Of a DNA stretch of 59,374 nucleotides, positions 39,761 through 49,077 are shown one piece after another; the stretch's first letter is position 1; each line of letters opens with the position of its first letter. The translations under genes and the position numbers were made by a program. Source of the stretch: a virus (taxonomy: Duplodnaviria > Caudoviricetes). Under the pieces are notes generated by a model. The model was not told where the DNA came from and made no database searches. It was given only the letters and a program-made list of their open reading frames with translations. The stretch lies in the IMG/VR virus record IMGVR_UViG_3300042453_005928, positions 1 to 59,374 of that record; one strand, written 5' to 3'.

Positions 39761-40576
39761 ATGAAACAATTAGCAATTTTGACGACTTCAATCATAGATG
39801 AACAGTGTGTAGTTGCATCACAAAATTCACTGCACAAATTTTTAATTAGTAAAAATCCAGACGTGCATTTTACGCAAATAGTGCATGTAGATAATCATAA
39901 AAGATCTTTAGACAGGTATTCAGGTAGTTTAGATTCAATTATAAACATATACAAAAATCAGTGTGATGCAAAAAATTATACATGCAATTTGATAATAGGT
40001 AATCCAAGAAATGGTATTATAAAGGCTGCATATAATCTTTTTGAATCATTTATAGAAACAAATATAGAAAATTGTTTAATTTTTGAAGATGATACGACGT
40101 TAGAAAGAGACGTAAATATAAGTAATCTTTTAAATATTTTTAGTGATGATTCAATATTGCACTTATCGTTTGCAGTAGAAACAACTGCAACTAGCGCATA
40201 CTCAACTGAAATGCCTTTTATAAATGAAGGTAAAGATAATTCTTATTCTGAAAAAGAATATATTTTCTTTAAAAGAAAATATAAAGAAAAACCATCATTT
40301 ACTTGGAACGGTACTTTCTTAAATCAAAATTTGATTAGATTAATACTAAAAAATTACAACAAAAATATAACCAATGAATCAGGATATCCAGAAGATCAAA
40401 TTGCAAAAATTCTTTATAAGAGTAATCCTGAATTATTCATAAAAACAATCTTTTATAATGAGCCGTTACATGATGAGCAAGTAAAAGAAGGTTGGAATTT
40501 AAAAATATCCCCAAGTCAGCACGTAATTTTTGATAAAATCAGATACTCAGGTGGTAGATCTAGGGCTTTATATTAA
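39761..40576 (+). CDS. Putative GT-A glycosyltransferase
   Basis: VHVD, CLIFEDD and PEDQ motifs; operon context. Confidence 0.55.
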   Translation: MKQLAILTTSIIDEQCVVASQNSLHKFLISKNPDVHFTQIVHVDNHKRSLDRYSGSLDSIINIYKNQCDAKNYTCNLIIGNPRNGIIKAAYNLFESFIETNIENCLIFEDDTTLERDVNISNLLNIFSDDSILHLSFAVETTATSAYSTEMPFINEGKDNSYSEKEYIFFKRKYKEKPSFTWNGTFLNQNLIRLILKNYNKNITNESGYPEDQIAKILYKSNPELFIKTIFYNEPLHDEQVKEGWNLKISPSQHVIFDKIRYSGGRSRALY

Positions 40577-40578
40577 TT

Positions 40579-41184
40579 ATGACATCACAAAATTATAAGA
40601 GCATATACGACGCATGTGTAAAATTTTCACAAAACAAGTCAATAAAAACTATAGTTGATTTAGGGGCTTGCCATGGTGAAGGTTATGAACTTTTTGGACG
40701 CTTTTATCCTAATGCATCATATACATTTGTAGAACCATCTAATAGGTGCATACATTACATTAATGAGATTATAAAAAAGTATCCTGATAACAAACTTAAC
40801 CTAATTGACGGAGTTCTTGGCACTAAAAATAGTCAAACAGCTTTTTATCAACTTGAACATGATAATGATCAGTCTGGTAATTTGTTTTCAAATAGAGGTG
40901 GTCAATATGGCAAATCAACTGAGTGCATAGTAAAGACTTATGATTATAGAGAAATTTTTACTCATATTGATTTTGTGAAATGTAATATTGAGGGTGCAGA
41001 ATATCAATTAATAGAAGATGGTTTTTTTGATATTGTAGACTCATTTGTCATGGAGGCACATAATATTCACGTACCAAATAAAAACTATCGCAATATTTTA
41101 TCTGCTTTAGGTGATAAGTTTGAATTATCGGTATGGGGTAACGTAAATTACAAGTATTGTTTTATAAATGGACAAAAAAAATGA
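40579..41184 (+). CDS. FkbM-family methyltransferase
   Basis: IVDLGACHG, VEP, IDFVKCNIEGAEY and MEAH. Confidence 0.85.
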   Translation: MTSQNYKSIYDACVKFSQNKSIKTIVDLGACHGEGYELFGRFYPNASYTFVEPSNRCIHYINEIIKKYPDNKLNLIDGVLGTKNSQTAFYQLEHDNDQSGNLFSNRGGQYGKSTECIVKTYDYREIFTHIDFVKCNIEGAEYQLIEDGFFDIVDSFVMEAHNIHVPNKNYRNILSALGDKFELSVWGNVNYKYCFINGQKK

Positions 41185-42119
41185 TAAATTCATTTTACGT
41201 AGAAGATATGACTTCTTTACGGTATGCAATACCATTTATAAAACTTACTAAAAAATTGTTGAATTTAGATATATCTCTTGTATACAACAGCACATTTTTT
41301 ACTAAAAAATATAACGACATAAATAACGATATAAACAAAAAAAGATTTTTAGAGATTGTTACAGAAAATAACATTCATCTAATAGACTCATCAAAAAAAA
41401 GTATAAATTCAGAGATAGTCATTTGCGTTGAAAATGTCAACAAAATTTTTTATAAAAAATTATTTTCTGTACAACATGGATTTGATTATGCTAACTTATC
41501 AAAAACTAATAAGTTAGCAACATACCTTGTGACAGAAAAATACTTTAGTGATGAACTATCAAAATCTGGTATTAAATCTCTTATACAACCATTCCCAATT
41601 TCCCTTTGGGATTGTTATTACGGCTTAGATAAATTTGATTTTTTTATTGATAAAAAAACATGCTTGTTATTTTATATTGAAAATGATGTTTACAAAAACA
41701 TATTTTTTGATGTACAAAATCACATCCAATCATTAGGCTTTAATACCATAATAAAGCAAAGAAAAAAACATATACCAATACCTGAGGCATTTGATAATAA
41801 ATTTTATGACCAACTATGGTATCCTTCAGAATCTATTTTATTGCCAGTGATTTCAGACATAATCGTAGGATTTGAAACAACTGCTTACACTGATTTAGTA
41901 CACTTAAAAAGAAATTTTTATGATTTTTCGTTAAACAGTTTTGTAAAAAATATTTATAAACCAAACAACAAAAACTTTATTCATTTATCACATGATAATG
42001 AAAAATCTATTGAAATGTTTAAGAGTATAGAATTACCCTCTTTATCTAGAAAAGAAAAGTTAGGTTATCAAATAGATTATAAGAAAATAAAAATTTTCTT
42101 AGAAAACATATTTTCATGA
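41181..42119 (+). CDS. Putative GT-B transferase (candidate CMP-ulosonate transferase)
   Basis: SVQHG, IIKQR..H and SDIIVGFETTA..D resemble GT-B CMP-sugar/CDP-polyol transferases; directly upstream of the cytidylyltransferase. Confidence 0.4.
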   Translation: MINSFYVEDMTSLRYAIPFIKLTKKLLNLDISLVYNSTFFTKKYNDINNDINKKRFLEIVTENNIHLIDSSKKSINSEIVICVENVNKIFYKKLFSVQHGFDYANLSKTNKLATYLVTEKYFSDELSKSGIKSLIQPFPISLWDCYYGLDKFDFFIDKKTCLLFYIENDVYKNIFFDVQNHIQSLGFNTIIKQRKKHIPIPEAFDNKFYDQLWYPSESILLPVISDIIVGFETTAYTDLVHLKRNFYDFSLNSFVKNIYKPNNKNFIHLSHDNEKSIEMFKSIELPSLSRKEKLGYQIDYKKIKIFLENIFS

Positions 42120-42874
42120 AATCAATTTTTATAACAGTTAGGTCGGATTCAACTAGATTACCAAACAAATCTTTCATTGAAATATGTGGTAAGAAAACCA
42201 TAGAGATACTAATTGATAGGATAAAAAAAAGTAAAAAAAAGGATAGCATAATTTTGTGTACATCAACTAGAATAGTTGATGATCAACTGTGTGAAATTGC
42301 AAAAAAAAATGAAATAAATTTTTATAGAGGATCACTTGAAGATAAACTAGATAGATGGAATAATGCTTGTAAACACTATGACGTTGATTTCTTTGTAACA
42401 GCAGATGGTGATGATTTATTTTGTGAACCTTCTTTAATAGATTTAGCATTTGAACAATACGAAAATGATCCCACGATTGATTTCATAAAAGCAGATAACG
42501 TAATTTGTGGTGCTTTTACTTATGGAATAAAAGCATCTGCTTTAGAAAAAGTTTGTCAAATAAAAAATACATCAAACACGGAAATGATGTGGGTGTATTT
42601 TACAGATACAGGTCTATTCAAAATTCAACAATTGAATGGAGTGAAAAAATCCTTTTATAGAAACGATATCAGGATGACATTAGACTATGAAGATGATTAT
42701 AGATTTTTTCATCGGGTGTTGTCTCATTTTGAAGAAAAAGGAAATAAAAATTTTGATCTACAGGACATAGTAGAATTAATAGACGCATATCCTGACATAG
42801 CTGATATCAATATCCAACTTCAAGAAGTTTGGAAAAAAAATCAAGAAAAAAACATTAAGCTGATATTAAAGTAA
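42116..42874 (+). CDS. Cytidylyltransferase (SpsF/KdsB/NeuA superfamily)
   Basis: ITVRSDSTRLPNK, RGS.ED.L.R, ADGDD and RMTLDYEDD. Confidence 0.85.
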   Translation: MKSIFITVRSDSTRLPNKSFIEICGKKTIEILIDRIKKSKKKDSIILCTSTRIVDDQLCEIAKKNEINFYRGSLEDKLDRWNNACKHYDVDFFVTADGDDLFCEPSLIDLAFEQYENDPTIDFIKADNVICGAFTYGIKASALEKVCQIKNTSNTEMMWVYFTDTGLFKIQQLNGVKKSFYRNDIRMTLDYEDDYRFFHRVLSHFEEKGNKNFDLQDIVELIDAYPDIADINIQLQEVWKKNQEKNIKLILK

Positions 42875-42883
42875 TTTTGTCAC

Positions 42884-43849
42884 ATGACTGAGCGACAAAC
42901 TTACAGCAGTGGTGAATGGATTCCTGAATCAAAAGCTGCAATACATATATACGATTCACAATTTATGTTTGGTGATGGCGTATTTGAGATGGTTCGAACA
43001 TTCAACCATTCTTTTTTTCTTCTTGATGAACATATTGATCGTCTCTTCAGAAGTATGAAATTTTTGGATATTCCAATCACTAAAACAAAGGAAGAAGTTA
43101 GATCATTATGTTATGAAGCATTTGATAGAAATTCTGCATTTTTTAAAAAAGACATCAATGGATATACTGAAGAGTGTAGATTGATGTTAAATGTCTCTAG
43201 AGGCCCTCTTGGAATTTATAAAGAAGTCTTTGAGTTACAGAAGGGGGAAAAATGGAATGAACCTACATGGATCATTAATGTTTGGGAGCTAAGTAAAACA
43301 TCAAAAACTTTAGCCCATTACTTTGAAACAGGAGTAAATGCTGTAATCTCAGAACAACGACAGATCCCTTCAAGATTGTTAGAAAACAAGGTAAAGAATC
43401 GAAGTCGTATGCACTATCAAATGGCTAATTTACAGATGAAACCTTATGGTAAAGATGCAATGCCGTTATTGTTGGACGAAGATGGATTTGTAGCAGAATC
43501 TACTGGAGCAAATTTCTTGATTATAAAAAACAATAAAATCATATCACCTGAATTACGAAACATGTTGAGAGGTTCCAGTATGATCTATGTGGTTCAAACA
43601 ATCGCATCTCAACTTGGAATAGAAGTTGAATACAAAAACTTTGAACCATATGATGTTCTTGAAGCTGATGAAGCAATGTTTACAGGTACATTTGTGAACT
43701 TATTACCCTGTAATCGTATCAATGGAAAGTATTTGAATGACAAGGTAAAAGAAAATCCAATGGGTGAATTGACAAAAAAGATTTGTGATCAATGGTCACA
43801 AAATGTAGGTATTGATATCATCAAGCAAATCAAACACTGGGCAACATGA
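42884..43849 (+). CDS. PLP-dependent aminotransferase class IV (BCAT/D-AAT fold)
   Basis: D..FMFGDGVFE..R, HIDRL..S, catalytic Lys in KVKNRSR, EST.AN, LRGSS and FTGT. Confidence 0.9.
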   Translation: MTERQTYSSGEWIPESKAAIHIYDSQFMFGDGVFEMVRTFNHSFFLLDEHIDRLFRSMKFLDIPITKTKEEVRSLCYEAFDRNSAFFKKDINGYTEECRLMLNVSRGPLGIYKEVFELQKGEKWNEPTWIINVWELSKTSKTLAHYFETGVNAVISEQRQIPSRLLENKVKNRSRMHYQMANLQMKPYGKDAMPLLLDEDGFVAESTGANFLIIKNNKIISPELRNMLRGSSMIYVVQTIASQLGIEVEYKNFEPYDVLEADEAMFTGTFVNLLPCNRINGKYLNDKVKENPMGELTKKICDQWSQNVGIDIIKQIKHWAT

Positions 43850-44538
43850 ATAAAATAATTGTAACAGGATCAGAAGGTCTTTTTGGTACAGAGATAGTCA
43901 AACACCTAAAATCTTTAGGTAACGAAATTATTAAAGTTGACATGAAACTTGGTAACGATCTAACTGATGAAAAATTTGTAAAAGAATTTTTTGAAATAAA
44001 TCGTGCAGACCATCTATTAAATTTATATGCTTTAAATCCACATGTAGATAATGGAAATAATTACACGAATTTGTTTGATGTCACACTGTCATCACTAAAT
44101 GATTACTTGCAAGTAAATCTAGTCAGCCTATTCTCTGTTTGTAGGGAATATGCTAGAAATAACCCAAATGGAAATATCGTCAACTTTTCTTCAACGTATG
44201 GATTAGTGTCATCGTACCCCGACATCTACCAAAAGAACAAAGAAAAGCATGTGGGATATTGTGTGTCAAAGGCAGGTGTAGTACAATTAACAAAGTACTT
44301 AGCAGTACATTTAGCTCCCAACATCAGAGTAAATTGTGTAGCACCTGGTGGAGCTGGATTTGAACCAACAAATGAAGAAGGACGAGTCTTTATAGAAAAA
44401 TATGAACAAAAGACTCCGATGAAAAGAATGATGAAGTCTGGTGAACTAAATGGAATTATTGAGTACCTTTGTTCTGACAAATCGTCATATACTACTGGCG
44501 CAGTATTTAGCATCGATGGAGGTTGGACAGCATGGTGA
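43846..44538 (+). CDS. Short-chain dehydrogenase/reductase
   Basis: TGSEGLFG, NFSSTYG, YCVSK (YxxxK), VNCVAPGG and DGGWTAW. Confidence 0.9.
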   Translation: MNKIIVTGSEGLFGTEIVKHLKSLGNEIIKVDMKLGNDLTDEKFVKEFFEINRADHLLNLYALNPHVDNGNNYTNLFDVTLSSLNDYLQVNLVSLFSVCREYARNNPNGNIVNFSSTYGLVSSYPDIYQKNKEKHVGYCVSKAGVVQLTKYLAVHLAPNIRVNCVAPGGAGFEPTNEEGRVFIEKYEQKTPMKRMMKSGELNGIIEYLCSDKSSYTTGAVFSIDGGWTAW

Positions 44539-45383
44539 ATTTTAATAACATTAAGACTCCATATTTGATAGGTGAAATTGGAATAAATCATAACGGAGAT
44601 ATGAATATTGCTAAAAAACTGATTGACGCTGTAAATGCGTGCAACTGGGATTGTGCAAAATTTCAAAAAAGAAATCCTGATGTATGTGTTCCTGAAAATC
44701 AAAAAAGTGTAGTTCGTCAAACTCCATGGGGAGAAATGACATACATTGATTATAAGAAAAAAATTGAATTTGAAAAAACACAATATGATGAAATTGATTC
44801 ATATTGCAAAACAAAGCCATTGAATTGGTCTGCTTCTGTATGGGATATTGATAGCTTAAATTTCTTGTTAAATTATGACGTTCCTTTTATCAAAATTCCA
44901 TCTGCAATGCTAACCAACAAAGAACTTGTTGTTGAAAGCGCTAAATCAAAAAAAGCTATCATAATTTCAACAGGAATGTCTACAGAAAAAGAGGTTGATG
45001 ACGCAATAAATTTGTTAGTGAAGCATTCAGATAACATAGTTGTTATGCATACTAACTCTAGTTACCCAACGCCGGTAGATGAATTAAACCTAAATCTTAT
45101 ACCGTACCTAAAAAATAGGTATGGTTTAACTGTTGGTTATTCTGGTCATGAATTTGACTTAGAGCCAACAGTTATTGCAGTTTCCTTAGGGGCAAAGGTT
45201 ATTGAAAGACACATAACTATTTCTCATAGCTTGTGGGGAACAGATCAAAAATCAAGTCTTGAAGTACATGCAATGAGCATTCTTCAAAAAAGAATTAATG
45301 ATGTACAATTGATGTTGGGAAGTAATAAAAAAGTTTTAACAAAAAGTGAAATTCCAATTAGAGAAAAGCTAAGAGGAAAATAA
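44532..45383 (+). CDS. neuB: N-acetylneuraminate/nonulosonate synthase family protein (NeuB-like, no C-terminal AFP domain)
   Basis: IGEIGINHNGD, AKFQKR, KIPSA, STGMS, H..S.YP, GYSGHE, IERHIT and GTDQ..SLE. Confidence 0.9.
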   Translation: MVNFNNIKTPYLIGEIGINHNGDMNIAKKLIDAVNACNWDCAKFQKRNPDVCVPENQKSVVRQTPWGEMTYIDYKKKIEFEKTQYDEIDSYCKTKPLNWSASVWDIDSLNFLLNYDVPFIKIPSAMLTNKELVVESAKSKKAIIISTGMSTEKEVDDAINLLVKHSDNIVVMHTNSSYPTPVDELNLNLIPYLKNRYGLTVGYSGHEFDLEPTVIAVSLGAKVIERHITISHSLWGTDQKSSLEVHAMSILQKRINDVQLMLGSNKKVLTKSEIPIREKLRGK

Positions 45384-45384
45384 T

Positions 45385-45681
45385 ATGGTTATCTACGTTG
45401 ATATAGATGAAACTATATGTAAAACGCCAGAAAATCGAGATTATTCAAAAGCAGTTCCAATCAAAAAAAATATAGAAAAAATAAACAAGCTATTTTTTGA
45501 AGGTCATACAATCGTTTACTGGACAGCAAGAGGAACTGTATCTGGAATAGATTGGAGGAATATAACAGAATCTCAGTTTGAAGAATGGGGCGTAAAATAT
45601 CATGAGCTAAAATTAAAAAAGCCCGCATATGATCTTTTTATATGTGACAAGGCTATTAATTCTAATGTTTTTTTTACTTAA
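45385..45681 (+). CDS. Minimal HAD-superfamily phosphatase
   Basis: YVDIDETIC (DxD), WTARG, and KP.YD..ICDKA; 98 aa, capless. Confidence 0.8.
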   Translation: MVIYVDIDETICKTPENRDYSKAVPIKKNIEKINKLFFEGHTIVYWTARGTVSGIDWRNITESQFEEWGVKYHELKLKKPAYDLFICDKAINSNVFFT

Positions 45682-45698
45682 ATTTTAAAATCAAAATT

Positions 45699-46271
45699 AT
45701 GACTATAAATCAAAAAGGTAACGCAAAAAGGCATCCTAATAAATCAGTTAGGGTATCAACACACACACCAGTTCTAGAACTTGCTATTTCATTATTAGGT
45801 AATAATATAACGATAGTTGAACATGGCATGGGAATTTCTAGCACCCCATTCTTTCATAAAGAAGTTAAAATTTCAAGAATACTATCATTTGAAGACGATA
45901 AAAAATGGATGAATTGTGCTGATTGTAATACTACAATAAGTAATAAAATTCATCATATAAATTCTTTCAATTCACTTGAAAATTGCAAAAACATTATAAG
46001 CTCATTTGTAGAAAATCATAAAGATATAATTGTTTTAGTTGATGGTCCAAGTGATCAAAGAATACAGGTTTTAAAAATAGCACAAGAGCTTATGATTTCT
46101 CATATTGTTGAACATGATGCTGAAACATTTAATAGTAATGAATTACTGCAAAGAGTAGAAATTTCAAGAAAAAACAGATATAACGTATACCAATATATAA
46201 AACTCAATCCTGAAACTATGTTTTATACTTTTGATACAATAGAAGATATTAACTACGTTAAAATAATATGA
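45699..46271 (+). CDS. Methyltransferase-fold hypothetical protein
   Basis: STH.P.L, IVEHGMG.SST, SFEDD..W, LVDG and VEHD. Confidence 0.55.
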   Translation: MTINQKGNAKRHPNKSVRVSTHTPVLELAISLLGNNITIVEHGMGISSTPFFHKEVKISRILSFEDDKKWMNCADCNTTISNKIHHINSFNSLENCKNIISSFVENHKDIIVLVDGPSDQRIQVLKIAQELMISHIVEHDAETFNSNELLQRVEISRKNRYNVYQYIKLNPETMFYTFDTIEDINYVKII

Positions 46272-47194
46272 AAAACTCTATTGCAGTTGTTGGTCAAGGT
46301 TTTGTTGGTGGTTCTATTACAACCGTATTCTCTGAACGTGGTTTTGATGTCTATGTTCACGACAAAACTGGAAAAGTATCAACGGGTGGTAAGCAACCTA
46401 CAACAGGTGAAAATGTTTTTCCTTGTAACATAAAAGAATTTGTTGTTGCTTGTGAAAAAGTAAAAGAATTTTCTAACGTATATTTTGTATGTTTGCCAAC
46501 CCCAATGTATGAAGATGGATCTGCAGATCTTAGTATTGTTGAAGGAGTACTTTCACAATTAGCAGAAGTGCCAGGTGAAAGGATTGCAGTGGTAAAATCT
46601 ACTGTTCCTCCTGGCTCAACTGAGGGGTGGAATAAGAGGTTCAATGAACAAGGTTTACGCGTAGTTTTCAACCCAGAGTTCTTAACTGAAAGAACAGCTT
46701 TAGATGATATGCGAAACCAAAATAGAATTGTTTTAGGTGGCCCACGTCCTTGGATCAATACAGTAAAACTTCTATTTAGAAATGCATTTCCTGATGTTCC
46801 GATTATCAAGACTTCATCTACAACCGCAGAAATGGTAAAATATCTAACAAATAACTTCTTAACTGTAAAAGTATCATTTGCAAATGAGATGTCACAAATT
46901 TGTGAAGCGTTAGACAAAAAGGGTCTAAACATTGATTACGATAAAGTAGTTGAGTATGCTTCTTATGACACGAGGATTGGTAAGAGTCATTGGAATGTGC
47001 CAGGACCGGATGGGGATAGGGGTTATGGTGGACATTGCTTTCCAAAAGACATTAATGCAATGATTGATGTTGCTAAAACATGCGGTGTAAGACCAACTAT
47101 GTTACAAGCAGCTTGGGATAAGAATGTAGAGGTTCGTAAAGACAGAGATTGGGAAAAAATGTCAGGTAGGGCAGTTTCGAAAAAAGCAAAGTAA
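46268..47194 (+). CDS. ugd: UDP-glucose/GDP-mannose dehydrogenase family, short form
   Basis: GQGFVG, VCLPTP, KSTVPPG, NPEFL.E, AEMVKY..N and GYGGHCFPKD (catalytic Cys); ends before the usual C-terminal domain. Confidence 0.88.
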   Translation: MKNSIAVVGQGFVGGSITTVFSERGFDVYVHDKTGKVSTGGKQPTTGENVFPCNIKEFVVACEKVKEFSNVYFVCLPTPMYEDGSADLSIVEGVLSQLAEVPGERIAVVKSTVPPGSTEGWNKRFNEQGLRVVFNPEFLTERTALDDMRNQNRIVLGGPRPWINTVKLLFRNAFPDVPIIKTSSTTAEMVKYLTNNFLTVKVSFANEMSQICEALDKKGLNIDYDKVVEYASYDTRIGKSHWNVPGPDGDRGYGGHCFPKDINAMIDVAKTCGVRPTMLQAAWDKNVEVRKDRDWEKMSGRAVSKKAK

Positions 47195-47200
47195 AAATAT

Positions 47201-48178
47201 ATGTACAAGATTCTTGAAGAGTTTATTGAGAGGTTTAAATTATCACCTTCATCATCCCAACTTTCAACGTCTACTCATTTTATAAATGGTGATTCAAACC
47301 TAGATCAAACGCAGGTATTCATGTATCTGCTATTAAACTACATGAATAACGTAGATGATATTGAATCACTTGGTGTAGATAAAGATGCACTAAAAAATAC
47401 TTCAATTGAAGACTTCAAGATTAGTGAAGACTTACTTAGATCTGCTTGGTCAGGCTTCGATAAAGGAGCTTCACCAAGCAGAAAAGTAGGTGATTTATTT
47501 TGGTCAACACTAGATTGGAAAAAATACAAAGACATCAAAATACTTGATATTGGGTGTGGTTCTGGTGGGTATGCAAAAAAGATATATGGGTGGTCACAAG
47601 GAAATATGAAATCATATTCAGGTTTTGATGTATTTCCAAATGCTAAATGGAATGACGTGTCTCAATGGGGAAAGCAAAATAACGTTGATATTGAGTTTTC
47701 TAAAATCAATATAGATGAAAATAACATAAAAGACTTCATACCAAAGGGAACAAACTTTTTCATTTCTCAATCAGCACTTGAACACCTAAAGTATGATTTG
47801 AAATACTTTCAAGGTGTAAGATCTTTCATTGATTCTGTCGATTACCCAGTGACTCAAGTTCATATATTTCCTGGTTCAGCATCACTTAAGCTTTTTCTTT
47901 TGCACGGTTATAGGCAATACGGTTTAAACTCAATTGCAAAGATTATTAGAATTTTTAGGAATGAAAAAGTTAGATTGGTTCGTATGTGTGGAGATGCATG
48001 TAATGAACTACACTATGAGTTTATAACTAAACCTCTATATGTAGATCGAGCTAAAGACAGAAGAGAGACAGAAACAGACCTTTATGATAAGTTATTATTT
48101 GAATCTGTGATTGCTGACATGAATCAAGAAATAAAAAATCCTTGTTTCTGGGCAATGATTATTGAATCAAATAATTAG
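47201..48178 (+). CDS. Class I SAM-dependent methyltransferase
   Basis: ILDIGCGSGGY, GFD and SQSALEHL..D. Confidence 0.8.
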   Translation: MYKILEEFIERFKLSPSSSQLSTSTHFINGDSNLDQTQVFMYLLLNYMNNVDDIESLGVDKDALKNTSIEDFKISEDLLRSAWSGFDKGASPSRKVGDLFWSTLDWKKYKDIKILDIGCGSGGYAKKIYGWSQGNMKSYSGFDVFPNAKWNDVSQWGKQNNVDIEFSKINIDENNIKDFIPKGTNFFISQSALEHLKYDLKYFQGVRSFIDSVDYPVTQVHIFPGSASLKLFLLHGYRQYGLNSIAKIIRIFRNEKVRLVRMCGDACNELHYEFITKPLYVDRAKDRRETETDLYDKLLFESVIADMNQEIKNPCFWAMIIESNN

Positions 48179-48185
48179 AAAAACT

Positions 48186-48214
48186 TGAACTGTGTTACTC
48201 AAATAATATAGTTT
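48186..48214 (+). promoter_or_regulatory. Putative sigma70-like promoter (leaderless) for the PD-(D/E)XK nuclease
   Basis: TGAACT-N17-TAGTTT, 6 nt before ATG 48221; alternatively TTGAAC-N16-TATAGT. Confidence 0.5.
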
Positions 48215-48220
48215 GAGTAA

Positions 48221-49039
48221 ATGAATAACGATGGTACAAGTTTTCAAAACTTACCCACAGGAAAACCACATGTTTCTTTTTCAGAGGTAAAACTTTGGAA
48301 AGAGTGTTCTTATAGGCACAACCTTTTTCATGTAAAAAAGATTGATCTGTCGAAACCATCACCTGTATTAGAATTTGGTACAGCGATTCACGCTGCTTGT
48401 GAAAAATACCTTCTAAGCCGGGTGATGGATCCACAGATTACAATCAATCACTTAGAGTCTGCATGGAAAAAGCACGAAGCTAACTCTGACTTTTCAACGG
48501 ATGCTTTAGAAAAAGCAAAGTCAGAGGCTTTACAAATACTGTCAGAAGTCCCTGGATTCCTTGACAGAGAATTCCCAAATTGGGAAGTAGTGGATGCTGA
48601 GCACCAATTATACGAAGGTGTTGAGGGGCATCCTCATGCTTTTAAGGGGTTCATTGATGGTGTGATCAAGGCAAAAGGAAAAAGGGGAGAAACAATTTAT
48701 TGGATCTTAGACTGGAAGACAACAGCGAGGGGTTGGTTCCGCGAAAAGAGATCTGATGATATGGTGAAATCGCAACTTGCACTATATAAAAATTACTGGT
48801 GTCAAAAAAACCCAGATGTTCCAACTAAAGATGTAAGATGTGGGTTTATTCTTTTAAAGAAATCTGCAAAACCTGGAGATCACTGTGAGTTATTTTCAGT
48901 TTCTCTTGGTGAAGTACCAATCAAGCGATCTTTAAAAATTGTTAGCAACATGATTACCTCCGTAAAAAGAGGGGTTGTGATAAAAAACAGGGATTCTTGC
49001 ACTTGGTGTGAATATAAAGGCACAGAACATTGTACGTAA
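48221..49039 (+). CDS. PD-(D/E)XK exonuclease, Cas4/AddB-like with Fe-S cysteines
   Basis: SFSE...W.EC, FGTAIH, E..L, GFIDG, ILDWKT, QL.LY and C-terminal CTWC....EHC. Confidence 0.88.
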   Translation: MNNDGTSFQNLPTGKPHVSFSEVKLWKECSYRHNLFHVKKIDLSKPSPVLEFGTAIHAACEKYLLSRVMDPQITINHLESAWKKHEANSDFSTDALEKAKSEALQILSEVPGFLDREFPNWEVVDAEHQLYEGVEGHPHAFKGFIDGVIKAKGKRGETIYWILDWKTTARGWFREKRSDDMVKSQLALYKNYWCQKNPDVPTKDVRCGFILLKKSAKPGDHCELFSVSLGEVPIKRSLKIVSNMITSVKRGVVIKNRDSCTWCEYKGTEHCT

Positions 49040-49077
49040 AAAGAAGTTACAATCATAAAAAAAGAGATACGATATAG

